Source of the DNA: Camelus ferus | Taxonomy: Eukaryota | Direction of reading: 5' to 3' | Assembly (NCBI RefSeq): GCF_009834535.1 | Contig: NC_045696.1 | Coordinates: 89,654,001-89,718,000, forward strand | DNA: 64,000 nucleotides | Shown here: piece by piece, positions 1 through 12,644 of the stretch | Position numbering within the stretch: the stretch's first letter is position 1 | Layout of the letters: every line of letters begins with the position of its first letter | Made by a program: the position numbers and the translations under genes | Notes under the pieces: model-generated | Database searches by the model: none | What the model saw: only the letters and a program-made list of their open reading frames with translations | Told to the model about the DNA's origin: nothing

Positions 1-137
1 ACACTTGGTATGCAATGAACCTGAGGGAGGGGTAGATGGAAGTTTCATGGGTGTATATGCAGGGGCAGGGGGCTTGGACTAGAGTTCGTCATACTTCCTT
101 AGAACATGGCAAGGCAAAGACCTCAGTACCAGTATTT

Positions 138-406
138 TTTTCATTGAAGTATAGTTGAGGATGGACCTAGAGATTATCATACTAAGTGAAGAAAGTCAGA
201 CAGAGAAAGACTAATATCATTTATCATTTATATGCAGAATCTAAAGAAAAAAACCACAAATGAACTTATTTACAAAATAGAAAGAGACTGACAGCCATAG
301 AAAACATACTTATGGTGACCAAAAGGGAAAGGGGGGTGGGGAGGAATAAATTACGAGTATGGAATTAGCAGATACACACTACTGTATACAGAATAGATAA
401 ACAAGA
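138..406 (-). mobile_element. 5'-inverted (twin-primed) truncated L1 3' end
   Basis: T-tract plus cattgaagtatagttga (reverse complement of the L1 terminus), then a + oriented L1 ORF2-end/3'UTR segment at 160-405. Flanked by TSD tcagtacca(g/a)tattt at 123-137 and 407-421. Confidence 0.85.
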
Positions 407-459
407 TCAGTACCAATATTTCTGTTATCACTATTCATAGTAATATGACCTCATTGACA

Positions 460-670
460 CTGAAGTTTGTTTAGCACTTTACAGTATAAAAAGGGCTGTT
501 TATATGTATTATCTCATTTAATCTCCCTAATAAATCCTGAGGTAATTCTTATTGTGCTTTGCCATTTTACACATGGGGAAACAGAAGCTCCGAAAGGCTA
601 AAAATCACGGATCACAGCAAGTAATGGCAGAGATGGGATTCAAAACCAGGTCCTGTGTCTCTAAATCTCC
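460..670 (-). mobile_element. MIR SINE
   Basis: MIR core: attatctcatttaatc...ccattttacacatggggaaacagaagct...ggcagagatgggattcaaaaccagg. Confidence 0.85.
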
Positions 671-1544
671 CCGACGTTTCCCCTCAGCTGTACTGCTTAT
701 GCGATAAAGCCATGAAAATGAACTCGATTTGGAGACCCAGCTCAAGCTGAGATTGTAGGAGATACAAATCATTTAATGTAAACTGGTAACAAAATCATTT
801 CCTTCTTCTGCTTTAATGTGGATTTCCTTTGTGCTACAATAAAATGGCCACAAAGAATTTAGCACCAATATTTTCTTTTCTTAGAGGCTGTCATTTGGTT
901 TTCTTCCTTGGCAGGCTATCCACTGTGGAGAGTGGGCCGTTGAGTATTTCCCCCTGGGCTACACACCGAACATGTGCACCCATTCGGGTGAATTACACTC
1001 ACTTAGGAGCCAAGGCAAATGTCAGACACTCGTTCTGTAATCTACACTTGCAATTTTTCTGAATTTCCTTTGAAACACTGCCCTATTTGGGTGTCCTTTC
1101 TGAGATAGGTTATGGGGATATGGTTGCCATTTTCAAATGAAGATTTGAAAATAAAAAACCCAATTCGCATCCAGCCACAGGAAACCATTTAAACCTGTCT
1201 CCATGAAATTGATGTTAAAATTTAAGAGCATAACTGTACTAACTCTTGAGCAAATGAGAAAATAGACAGAAAAGCCTTTTGCAGAACATAGCTTTATGCA
1301 AATATGGTGGGATCTTGTAATTATTGAAACTCACACGCAGGTAAATCTTCAAAACCTATCTTTGCTGCAGCAAAAATCATTAATGCTGAATAATTAATCA
1401 TCCAGAGAATACAAATCTAAATCAATGATAAATGGTTCCAAAAGCAGAACTTAAAGTTTTTGTAAAGATTCTAGGTTTGGGGGATGAGACAGACACAGGA
1501 ATATAAACCATAACAGAAAACTTCATTTCATTATTGATGGAGAT

Positions 1545-1670
1545 TCAGCACCTATCGAAGGGCTACTAGGTGCCAGGTAATGTCTAGGCATTTGTTCTCT
1601 CAATCACTTCTCCCAATAAATCTATGAGGTAGGTATTATTTCCCCCATTTTACATATAAGAAAGTTGGAG
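1545..1670 (-). mobile_element. MIR fragment
   Basis: tactaggtgccagg...ctatgaggtaggtattatttcccccattttaca. Confidence 0.7.
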
Positions 1671-2764
1671 TTCATATTTTCAGCCTCTTTTTCAAGATAG
1701 ATGATTTTTTTAATAGAAAAACACTAGAATCTATTCTAAGTCAAATGTCTGTCCACAATGACATGCCATTTTCCAAACAGATCATATTTAACCACTATTT
1801 TTCTAACATTGGTAAAAAGTGCTTCAGAACTGATAAACCTTGTATGTATTTCTGTTTGTAAGGAGCTATCAGCTGGAGAGACTGATCTTTTCACAGCATT
1901 TATCAGTTCCCACAGAGACTTGGGGTGCGGGTTTTCCTGGCCATTCAGTGGTGATGCAGCTAACAGCCAGGGATGGGTGTCTCACAGAGACAGCCTCTCT
2001 GCATTTCAGATTGCAAGTCTGTAGTTCCTTTGCATCTGACATTTTTGAAGATCCTGCTTCCTTGTGTTGGTGCTAAAGATTAAAATTCATGCCTGAGTTT
2101 CTTATAAATTAAGGCAGAGAGTTGTAGAAATGTCAGTTGACTGTCTCTGCTTTTCTTTCATGTACACATACACATGCTCACACAGAATCTAATCTGGCTA
2201 GATATGGATAGAAAAACTAACATTCCCAGCTTCCCTCTCAGGAATAAGATAAGGTTTATCCCCAAAGATGGAAGCCAGAGGATTACCCAAATCACCCAAT
2301 GGAGAAGATTAGACTTGACGCCCCAGATGCAGAGACCTGCATTGTGGAATTGACCTCAAGAAAGGATTTGCAGATTTGCCATACGTAGTGGCTGGTAGAA
2401 TCAGGATTAGAGCACCTCAATTTATCATTTCTCCCTCAGAGCTCTGATGACTTCAGACCCTGGGAATCAATGTTCCATATGGTGGGAAAGCAGGCAGGAT
2501 TGCAGACAAGCTTTGTTGTTATTGCTATGTTGTTGTCAAACTATTTTATTTTTAATCTCCAAAAATATAAGAAGCATCAGAGCATCATTTACTTCTATGA
2601 AGTTACATAAAATTATCAAACTGTAGGAGATTACCCATATTAATCAATGGAAAAATACTGAACATTAACTCCAGAGACGACACTATGCTTGGCACTAAAT
2701 GGGGGGAAAAAGGAGAGACAAATCATAATCTTTAGGGATTTAAAAGAGTAGAAAAAATCTTTGC

Positions 2765-2985
2765 CATTTAATGGGTGTCTGCTATGTTCTGGGCATTGTA
2801 CTAAGAGCTTTATACTCTATCTTCACAACAAGATTAAGAGGTAGATAGTGTCCTATTTTACAGAATAGGAAACCAAGACTCAAAGATTAAGCAAGTCAAC
2901 TGTTCAAGGTCACAGCCAGTTAATGATGGGGTAGAGACTGGAACTCTGGTTTAAAGTCCTCTGAAGGTTCTGTCCAGCACTCCAC
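2765..2985 (-). mobile_element. MIR SINE
   Basis: ctatgttctgggcattgtactaag...cctattttacagaataggaaaccaagactcaaagattaag...caaggtcacagccagtt. Confidence 0.8.
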
Positions 2986-3034
2986 ACTGCCTCCAACCTA
3001 TGTGGAGAGACTAATGTCTATAAGAACGGACTGT

Positions 3035-3385
3035 GGCGAAATAAAATCGATTTTAAAAACCATAGGCTCATATATTTCCTTTTAATATGTAAATTATTTA
3101 CACACTGATTATAAAGATACTGTCAATTTTGTTTGGATTTACTGCCAGAATTCTAGGACACACTGTTTTTAAATATCCTCAGGTACTATATAAATCTTTG
3201 CTCTTTTATCTTTAGACAAAAAACTCACGTTTTATATAGGTCTGATTTTTGGAAATAGTCAAAAATTATTAATGGCTCAATCCAGTGAATGAATGGAATG
3301 ATTAAGGTGAGTAATAAAATTAAAAACAAAAAAAAGTAAAGAAAATAAAATGTGATCATAAAATAATGAGAATGTATTTAGATAC
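3035..3385 (+). mobile_element. old TcMar/mariner-like DNA transposon remnant (MARNA-like)
   Basis: tttttggaaatagtcaaaaatt...ccagtgaat...gattaag and tgtgatcataaaataatgaga resemble recalled MARNA consensus; heavily diverged. Confidence 0.45.
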
Positions 3386-4534
3386 TTCCTGAAGAGTTTG
3401 ATTCTGAACCAATGTCACTATCTTAATTGTGTTACCTCATATGCATGCATGCAAAGAAAAAAAGGGATTTTCCGATAAGAAGGAGACCCTATTCAAGATC
3501 TAATGAATAGTAGAGAACAATGAGCCATAAGGGAGAGATTCTGGAGGGCTTGAATGGGTCAGGGATCTTACTGAAAACGACTTAATCCATATTACTTGCC
3601 TTGTAAACTTGACCCTTGGTTACCTCTTTTGTTCACTGAAAAAGGCAAAACTGACTGCTTGGAACAAAAATATCAAAACTCAGTATTTTAAAAAAATTCA
3701 AATATTTTAAGATTTTGAATAAGAAGTTACTAAGAATTACAAAAGATTCGAAAGGGATAGATTAATGATGTAAATGTCTAGGTCATTCAGAAGAGTCAGC
3801 ACTTAAAATCAATGGCCTCAAAGTAGGGAATTCAAGATAATCCAAAAATATTCAGGAAGAATACTGCAACTTCCATTTCTATCTTTTAATTTTTAAAAAT
3901 CTCACTCTTTTAAAGCTTCTATTTTTGTATATATTATAAACTGTAAACTATTAGTTCAATATAACATGAATATAAGTCATAAATAAATACATGCACACAA
4001 TATATAAATATAAGAACATAACAGATGTATGTATTAGTTGATGAGGTAGCATGTGATTAAAGAACTCTGGCCCTGAAGCTCTAGACCCAGTCAGGAGAGA
4101 CCGAGTGGGACAGGCTCAATATATCCAGTATAATGCTGCCAATCGGCACCTGCTTTAGGTGATTATTTTTTTTTTCTGTAATAGAGCCATGGGAGTTGTC
4201 TGCAGAAAGATTTTTAGTGCTTTGGCTGTTTACCACCTTGGAGTCTTTCATATTCTTTCTACACTATGATCTGGACTTAGGCTGATACAGTTGAATGAGC
4301 CGACCTTGATCGGTAAAAGCCTATGAAAGAAGGTCTCAGTCTAATGTGCTCCACTTGGGGGTGAAGAAATATGATTATGACCTAGGAGAGATGGACAAAG
4401 CAGCCTACAGTAGGTAAGACCCTGGATCTCCATGGCTGAAACGCATGCTGAAGAAGCGGTTCCATTGACTGGAGCTGGGAGTCATTAGGATGCTGTGTGT
4501 GGGATGCTAGGCATGAAATAAAAAAGTAATAGAA

Positions 4535-4620
4535 TGACTGTTAGGGCTGAAAGACCTTAAAGGTCATCTGGTCCACACTCATTTTACAGTAAGGAAACTG
4601 AGGTGTCCACAGTTAGAATG
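4535..4620 (-). mobile_element. MIR/MIR3 fragment
   Basis: gaccttaaaggtcatctggtccacactcattttacagtaaggaaactgagg. Confidence 0.75.
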
Positions 4621-5269
4621 AGAACTTTATATAATGTTATGTTATGTAAGACTCTGTCTAAATGCAGGAAGCAAGCACAGTCCAATGTCTTCTGGGCCAG
4701 TCCAACTTTTAGCTGGGCTCAGAAGGAGGACTTGGTACTTAAGAACAGGAAAACGTTTTCCTTTACAAGGAATGCAAATTCCACATGATTCACATCAGCA
4801 TATTTTTTTCTCCATTTGTATAGGGAAACTATGTGATAAGGAGACAATTTTGAAGAGTCCATATTGTGATACATGGATGGGCTACATGTAATCCTGCAAA
4901 AAATATTCAAACATAGCAAATTTTCTTCTTATTTGATGAGTATAAGTCATTTAGCGTTTTATTCAGCCTCTTAGGGACAGAAATATTAAATATTATGGAA
5001 ATGTCTTATAATGGCCAATGTTGAAATTTTCCCAAGCATTTTTATGGCTAATCCTTGGGAAGTTTTCCATATATTTTTTATTGAAAGCAACTGAGAACAT
5101 AATGTAATGATAATTCTCAAAGGGAAGATGTTAATTATTTTACTCTGTATGACTTTTCTGGAAGAAGTATTTTAGTCTCTGTATGTCCCATGAATTTATA
5201 CATTGGATTTCCTCTAAGGATATCCAGTCTGAGTTTATGCCTCTGAAATATCATATACATATCTTGCAT

Positions 5270-5570
5270 TTTCATTTCCCCTGTCTGGAATGTCCTTCCT
5301 GCCTGGCTAATGTCTGTTTTCTTGCAGACTTAGCTCAGGGGTTGCCTTAGAGACCTTCCCTTGGCCACTCCTGCTTCTTCCCCTTTGCAGAGAAAAGGAG
5401 TCTTCTCCTCTTGGGGTACTTCTAACACTGACGCTTCTCAGGCTTTGCTAAAATTATCTATAGAACTGTCTACTCCCTACACTAAGTCTTGAGTTCTAGC
5501 ATGACAGACAGTATTTTATTTATTTCTAGATTTTCAGTGCCTAGTAATAATGTACCAAGTGGTAGGTCTG
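5270..5570 (+). mobile_element. L2 LINE 3' fragment
   Basis: ccctgtctggaatgtccttcc...cttagctcag...ccttccct...ctgtctactccctacactaag...cagtgcctag. Confidence 0.65.
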
Positions 5571-6610
5571 GAAACATGTTATCAGGGAAACGTAAGTTAT
5601 TCTCAGAATCTCATTAAAGAACAACTAAAAATATCCCAAAGTCTAATGTAGACTAGTTTTTTTTTTTTTAACTTACTTCAAATAGTCAACAGCTCTTGCA
5701 TTAAGTAAACCATTCAGTTGCTTCAAAAGTAACATCCTGCATTTGATTCATAGCAATAGTGTGATATCAATAAGTTAGCTCTGCTCAGAGCCTCAGATTG
5801 AGTTCAGAAAATTCTAGGTAATTATCTTTTGAGAACACGAGTAGCTAAAACTACAACTAATATAGTATCAGAGAAGCAAGATGATTCTCTGGTCTCAGTC
5901 TCTTCTTTGAGAATTGTTTATTTTGCTCTGTTTCTCTCATCTTACATTAATACCTATAGTTCAAAAAGAATTATTGCTTTAATATACTAGAATTCTTTTT
6001 TTGTTCTAGGCAGCCATGCAACGCATGCCTTAAAAATGTAGTCCCTTGATAAATTTATTTTCTGTCAATTTCTTTCTGGATGAAAACTAAATGTTTTAAC
6101 CTGTGATCCTGTGTTTTTGATCCTGCTGGGTGGGCATGTTATAGATGCCTATCACTCCTACATTTAAATTAAGGGAGGAAAACAGCTGTAAATATTATGA
6201 CCTAGATAAAAATCATATTCCTTTACAATCCCTTATAGCTTGATGCCATCTTTGGTTCTGAGAATTGATCTAAAAAAATCTAATTTCTTCCTGACTATTT
6301 ATGGATTTCTCTCCCTTTCTATTCTTCAATTAGCTTCAGCTGGGAAAACAAAGACTTGTCAGTGTGATGCCTATGGTTTGATTCTTTCGTATTAATGTAA
6401 ACCTAAACAACTATTGCAAAATTAAAACAGTGCAAATGAAGTCTCCATTTTTTTCCCAAAGAAAAATTTTTAGCATTAAGTCTGTTCCACTATACTCCAC
6501 ATCCACCTACAGAACTAACAAACTATAACAAAGAACATACTTTCATCATTCTCCCAAACATCCATTATGCCAAGGATAACTTTTTCAAGAAAAAAAAAGA
6601 TAGTCTGATT

Positions 6611-6769
6611 TTTTTGTGTATTTTTAAAAAACTATTTGGGGGGGGGTGGTAATTAGGTTTTAGTTAGTTAGTTAGTTTGTTTGTTTGTTTAATGGAGCTA
6701 CTGGGAATTGAATCCAGGACCTTATGCATGCTAAGCATACAGTCTACCACTAAGCTATACCTCTCCCTT
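6611..6769 (-). mobile_element. tRNA-Ala-derived SINE (camelid vic-1 type)
   Basis: Minus strand reads gtatagcttagtggtagactgtatgcttagcatgcataaggtcctggattcaattcccagtagctcca, then an A-rich tail and acctaattaccaccccc. Perfect 12-bp TSD gatagtctgatt at 6599-6610 and 6770-6781. Confidence 0.9.
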
Positions 6770-8601
6770 GATAGTCTGATTCTTGCATATTTATCTCTAA
6801 GTCCCTTTGTCCCTTCCAAAGGACTAGATTTGTGGTTATGAAAAGTCCCTCCCTGTGTGAATTTTGGCATGTTCAATTTTAACAGGGAATATTTTTTAAG
6901 TCAAGAATGAGGAAGCCAGGTTTAGAAAGGAGGATAAATAACTTATGTCACTCATTTATTCATTCATCCACTCATCCAGAGAAAGCACTGTGTCGCACAT
7001 AGAGCAGAGTCTGATTCCCAATCTCTTCTTAAGGAATTTAGAAGACAGTAGGGATGGAGAGGCATGTACATAGACAGGAAGTGATACTTCAGGACACACA
7101 GATACGGCCCTACCAGTTGTTCTAACATTTAATACTCCCATACTGATTAGTTATTGCTGCTTCCCAGGCCTTCCAAGCATCCCTCTTGTCACTCAGCCCC
7201 TGGCCAGAGACCCCCTTTCTGTCACCTCTCCCGTGGTCCAGCTAAAGGCAGAAAGCTTGTGCCAGCCAGGAGCTCCAGCTCTCTTCCTGCTCTGATTGGC
7301 TGCTGCCTGGGCAGTTCTGGTTGTGAAGTATCTGGCTTATCGCCCTTGGATAAATGATGCAAAGAGGAGAACAGTTTCACTGGGAGACAAAGTCTCCAAC
7401 TGGATCTTAACTACCTACAAAATGAGAACTGTAAAACGTGAAGCGGAAATCACTGAGACTCCATTTTGGAGCCCAGGTTTGGAGAATGTCTTCGGAAAAT
7501 TCTGGCTCTTCGTGTGATACAAAAGCCAAAGTTGTATGCTGGGCTTACTACTAAAACGTGTAATTTCATAGATCAGGTGGAGCCTCTCAAAACACAGGCA
7601 TGGAAGTTTAGTTCCTTTGTTCGCCACCCATAATTTTCAGCTGCTGTTGTCAAATTTGCATTTGAAGTCGCTGTTAAACCACAGCATCAAAATCACGATG
7701 ACAGTCACTGCAAAATGTAAGAAATCAAAAGAAGGAAAAGAAAAAACTCAACCTCTGAAGAGAAGAATGGCTCCAAATGCGGTAATTATGCAGAGCCATG
7801 AAGAGCCTCGTTCACACATAATGCATACTTCCCGCGAGGGAGGAAGTGCTGTGCAAACACATCTGAGCAGGACCTACAATTCCTACCCATCCAACGCTGA
7901 GCAGGAGCCGCTCTGGCAGTCTAGACGAGAGTGACTCAGAAAAAGAAGTAATTTGTAGTGGAGCACAGGCACTCAGGAAAATCTGTCAAAATCAGCGTGG
8001 AAGTTGTAACAAAAGGAAGCTAAATTTGGTTTGTTTGTCTTTGTTAAACCAAGTACTAAACTGAGAGAGGTGGGATTTTGATTCTAAGTGTTCAGCATTT
8101 CCTGTTTCTTTATCCTGGTGGGAAAAAAACTTTGATTCTTATGGATTTTGATGAAACCTGATAAACTACTAAATAAATAGATAAATCTTTTCAAACCAAA
8201 ATAATACATTTACATAGCTTTTCTTTTCGCTCTTATTTTTCTGTACCAAACAGGGTGAGAGTAAACCAGTCCTCTTTCTAGTCTTCATTTCTACCTCCAG
8301 AAGCAACCCCTTTCAGCTCATTTCATTACCTTTTCCTTTTGAAATATACAGTTGCTCTGCATTTCTAACTAGCATGTTAATAATGCAACTGCTTGCTTGG
8401 CCGATTTGGAACATTCTCTCTTTATTTTCGGTCATTAAGCCATCTAACCTACTGCCCAAACCCTTGAAAAATAAATCTCCTAAATTTCCTCATATCTTAT
8501 CCTCTTCACATGTTGCAATATTTGGTTCATTCTATGTAGAGTCAGTGTTTACATTTCCGTGATGAAATATTACTACTGTGAACGGAAAATACTGCAAACC
8601 G

Positions 8602-9061
8602 TATCAGTAAACAAAAGAATGCTGAAGCCATCAAGTCATCAGCGGCTGCCACCCCCCCCCCCCCCAGGTAAGACAAGCCTGCAACCCAGACTCTGCATCC
8701 ACTCACAGAGGTGCACCCTGAGGGGACTCAGAATGAGAAAGGACAGGATACTAACCCTAGATAGCTAGATGCTTGTCAAAGGAATGAATTCAATGAGCCC
8801 AAATATTTGCTTCCTCCCATACATAGAAAAGCACTAAATTCTTTAACTTGAGATGCCTGTTTTTCTTTAGATAACAAGTAACCTTTTATTGTTCCAACTA
8901 CCTGGTCTTTGTTGTCAAGCTCCTATATATCCTAGCTCCTCCCCTACCTCTTCGGAGCAGTCCCTCAGAGCCATCTGAGAGGCTGTCATCCTGGCTTGAG
9001 TCCTCCCGACAAATAAAACATAACTCTCAACTTTTAGGCTGTGCATTTATTTTAGTCGACA
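8602..9061 (+). mobile_element. ERV1-like solo LTR
   Basis: Ends ...gtcgaCA; TATATA at 8924-8929, AATAAA at 9012-9017, U3-R-U5 layout. 5' TG is degenerate and the TSD ambiguous (possibly gtat). Confidence 0.75.
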
Positions 9062-10148
9062 GTATGAAACTAAGGAGTGTTGTAAGATTATAGATTTTTT
9101 TTTTCAGGACTTGAGTTGCCATTTCCCCTGCAACTTATGCTTAAGTTCATATATGGACTACTATTCTCCCCACTCCACATTTTTCAGAAGATCTGTCAAA
9201 TTACCTATATCTATAATTTTCTAAGTATTTAATCACATCAGATAACCTTATTGTTTTAAATCTCCCCCTTTAATGGAAACTTCTTCCCCTTAACCCTCTA
9301 TATTGCTGTTCCAACCTTGACTGTTCTCTGTCAGCCTGTTGTATGCTAATATTCAAGACTTCCCGTACATCTTTGTTTTGGGGGGGAGGGCCTGGATCTC
9401 CCACTTCTTGTGCCCCATATCCCCTTCATTTTTGCTTTACCCCTTTATATTGCCAAAAATAAATTCTTAATATACTTCCTAACCAAAAATGCACAGGAAA
9501 TAAAGTTTTTTGGCCTTTACAGATGGGAAAAATGTCTTTTTTCCCCCTTACATTTGAGTTTTGGTCCACTGGGTTTGAAATTTCATGTTAGAACAGCTTT
9601 CCTCTGGATCCTGAAGGTATTACTCCATTCCCTTCTGGCTTCCAAAGTTGCTATTGAGAAGTCTGATGATTTTTTGCTTTTTAATCCTTTGTATCTGATC
9701 TATTTTTCCTCTCTGAAAACCACTAGGATTTTCTTTTCACTCGTAGTGTTCTGAAATTTCATGGAGGTGTGCCTTATCGATGGGGTTCTTTTTTCCGCTC
9801 TCTCTTTCATATATTGTGCTGGCCATCAGTGGCACCTTTCAATCTGAAAACTTGTTCAGGTCTGGAAAATTTTCATGTGTTATATCTTTGATACATTTCC
9901 TCTTTCTATTTTTTTTTTTTTTTCTGTTTTCTCTTTGGGGACCTTTTATCATCAGATATTAGGCCTCCCGAATTGGTCTTTTTTTTTTTTAATCCTTTTC
10001 TCTCCTATTTTAAATTTCTTTATGTTGTTCTTTTCTCTGGGAGATTTCCTCAAATTTATCTTCTATCTCTTCTACTTAATGCAATTATTTTTGGCTTTAA
10101 ATGTTCAGGATCTTTCTTGTTCTCTATTTGTTTCTTTCCCATAGCAAC

Positions 10149-10583
10149 TGTGGCAGATACACCTTATGGTGACCCAATGAGTCACCCTTTAATATAATCT
10201 CCCCTTGAACTTGAGCAGATCCTGTGACTTGAAGAAGGACACTGCCATTTGGACAGGGCCCATGAGAGTACCACCTGGTAAGGAACTGTAATCAGCCTTT
10301 AGGAACTGAGAACAGTTCCCTGCTGACAGCCAGCAACACAACAGAGACCTACAACCTCTTACAACCACAAGAAACTGAACTCTGCCAACAACCACATGAG
10401 CTTGGAAGAGAATTCCAAGCTTCAGAAAGAAACACAGCTCAGCTGACACCTTGACAGCAGCTGAGAACACAGTTAAGCCATGCTTGGACTCCTGACCCAT
10501 GAAAACTCTGGAATAATAAATAGATGTTATTTTAAGCTGCTAACTTTTTGGTTATTTGTCATGCCATAATGGAAAACTACTAT
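10149..10583 (+). mobile_element. MaLR LTR (MLT1E/F-like)
   Basis: Starts tgtggcag; aaccacaagaaactgaactctgccaacaaccacatgagcttggaagag; ends aataaatagatgttattttaagctgctaac...ggaaaactac. Confidence 0.85.
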
Positions 10584-11024
10584 TCAATTCTATGGTTACA
10601 ATATCATCTCTTAACTTTCTGAAGCTTTCCTTGCTAATTATTTGCTTCCTCTATTTAAACGAAGCTTTTATTGTTTTCATACTGGGGGTTTCCACAAACT
10701 TCTAAAACAAATTGGATGAAAGTTCATGATTAAAGTAAGAAACTAAAAGCTGCCTGAAAGTCTTGTGGGACTTATTGACCATGGGTGACACATCAGCTTT
10801 TTTTGTTTGTTAAGGGATTTCAAATTATAGTAACGAATAAGTCTTTATCTCCGTGGTCCTTTCATTTTCCAGAGATAAATTTCTAATTCCCTGCCTCGTG
10901 GTGAATGCCTGGTTGCTGCAACCTGGGGGCAGGGAGAGGAGAAGAGGTGGGTTTGAGGGTCCTACCATCAATATGCTGATTTTAACTTAATCTTTTAATC
11001 TTTAGTTTTGAGCGTTACACTTGG

Positions 11025-11210
11025 CCTCCAAAAACAAACAAGCAAAAAAACTCACCCTGATTTTTAGTTCTTGCTAATTTCTATGTGTCAATACCCTTCC
11101 TTGGCTGATTTCAAGCTACCAACATGACATGGATGTGTGAACAGAGTTGGGAAGAGATGTGTACAACTGGCTCTCAAAAGCCGTTGTGCACTCTCTCTGG
11201 CACACCACTG
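11025..11210 (-). mobile_element. MER63A-like hAT MITE
   Basis: ggctgatttcaagctaccaacatgac...gagttgggaagagatgtgtacaactggctctc...gcacaccactg. Confidence 0.8.
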
Positions 11211-12644
11211 GGTCCAGAGTCTCCATCTCAGATTCCCCAAAGAATTAACTTCTAAATACATTGTATGTGTGTAGTTTGCTGCAGTAGAGAGTTGGGCATA
11301 ACAAAGGAGAAAAATACATGGAAAATGAGAGTTTAGTGTTAAAATTTCCTGCATCCCAATTCTTAGTTCAATTCTGAAGTCACAAGATTTTAGAAAACAA
11401 AAGAATGGAGTTCCAGGGGTGTATCCATGAGCTTTCTTAGACACAGGAGAAGGTTTTCATATTGGTGCTTATTCTCTGGGACCATATTGGATGACTGAAC
11501 TAAATACAGATTTAATCTCTAGGGCACATTCACAGAAGAAAAGGCAATTTTCATCCTTAGCATCTTATTTAGTAGTCCCACACATGTGCCCCCTTGCCAG
11601 CTTAGGGGCCTTCAAATTGAGGGTCGACATCTCCCTGATTTGTAATTTAAACCTGTCTTCCTTCAGCAGCAGCAGCACTGGAGGTGACAGATTCACTGGG
11701 GGCTCATCACACCTTCTTCCTTTCCTAGCAGTTCAGTTGCCTTCTCAGTCAAACCAGGTCAGAGTAAAATCCTGGGTGAACTAGCAGTGCCCCAGGTCCT
11801 TGCCTGATGATCCAATTCCAAGGCAGGGCCCAGCTCCAGAACTTTTGTTCTAAGTTAGTGGCATGGCTTCAGCATAACACAATACTGTTTGTGCTTTCTC
11901 TCTGACAAAGGGAAGGGCAGCAAGGGGCCAGAGGCCAGTTTACTAAGATAACAAAACTAGCTTCTCTCCTTTCCTTAAAGTAAAAGGGGAGAATCTTGGC
12001 AGCGCCCTGAGGGATAGGGAGACCTGGGAAGAAACTGGCTGGAGTTTCCATCCCTCCTCCTCTCTACTGGAGGGTTTCTGTCTGATCCTTCTAATCTCTG
12101 CAGAGTCTGCCAAGCCAGCTGGGCAGCTGCATTCCAAGGGGGAAGTGACTCTTTGAAGTTGGAGGCTGTGAATGTCTTGCTCTGCGGGAGACTGCAGCAT
12201 AGAGTTACAGTTTCCCCAGAATAATGGAGACCAGGGCTACATCCCTTCCAGGAGAGGTTTCCTAGCAAGAGGACACATGGCTGCACTTTATAAGCTCTCC
12301 CAACAAACTAGTTTGCAAGCCTGTTGCCAGGCCCAGTAAAATCCACACAATGTCCTTTGTGTTCCCAAGGTATTTTGTACATAGAGAAAGCATAGATTTT
12401 CTATCTTACCATATTGGTTTTCTATGTTGCTTTTTTTTGAAAAGTGAAATTTAGAGTTTTTCAAAAATTATAGAATATGTATGCATTAAGGAAAATATAC
12501 AGAATGCAAATGAGACAGAGAGAGAGGGGAGAGACCAATCAGAAGAAACCATTAGTAAGATTTTGAAATATGCAAAAAATAAATAAAATTTAAAAAAAAA
12601 GATTTTGAAACATTTTTCCAACCAATTTTTTTACTACTTAATCT

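Larger units (their letters stand above)
8200..10900 (-). mobile_element. ancient L1M/HAL1-type remnant interrupted by two LTRs
   Basis: T-rich antisense L1 text, e.g. actccattcccttctggcttccaaagttgctattgagaagtctgatg and ttcaggtctggaaaattttcatgtgttat; limits approximate. Confidence 0.6.

Noticed and set aside
3830..4075. Possible Charlie-type hAT remnant
   Set aside because: Too AT-rich and diverged to assign without a database search.
9410..10197. Hydrophobic Phe/Leu-rich ORFs resembling membrane proteins
   Set aside because: Artefact of T-rich antisense L1 sequence.
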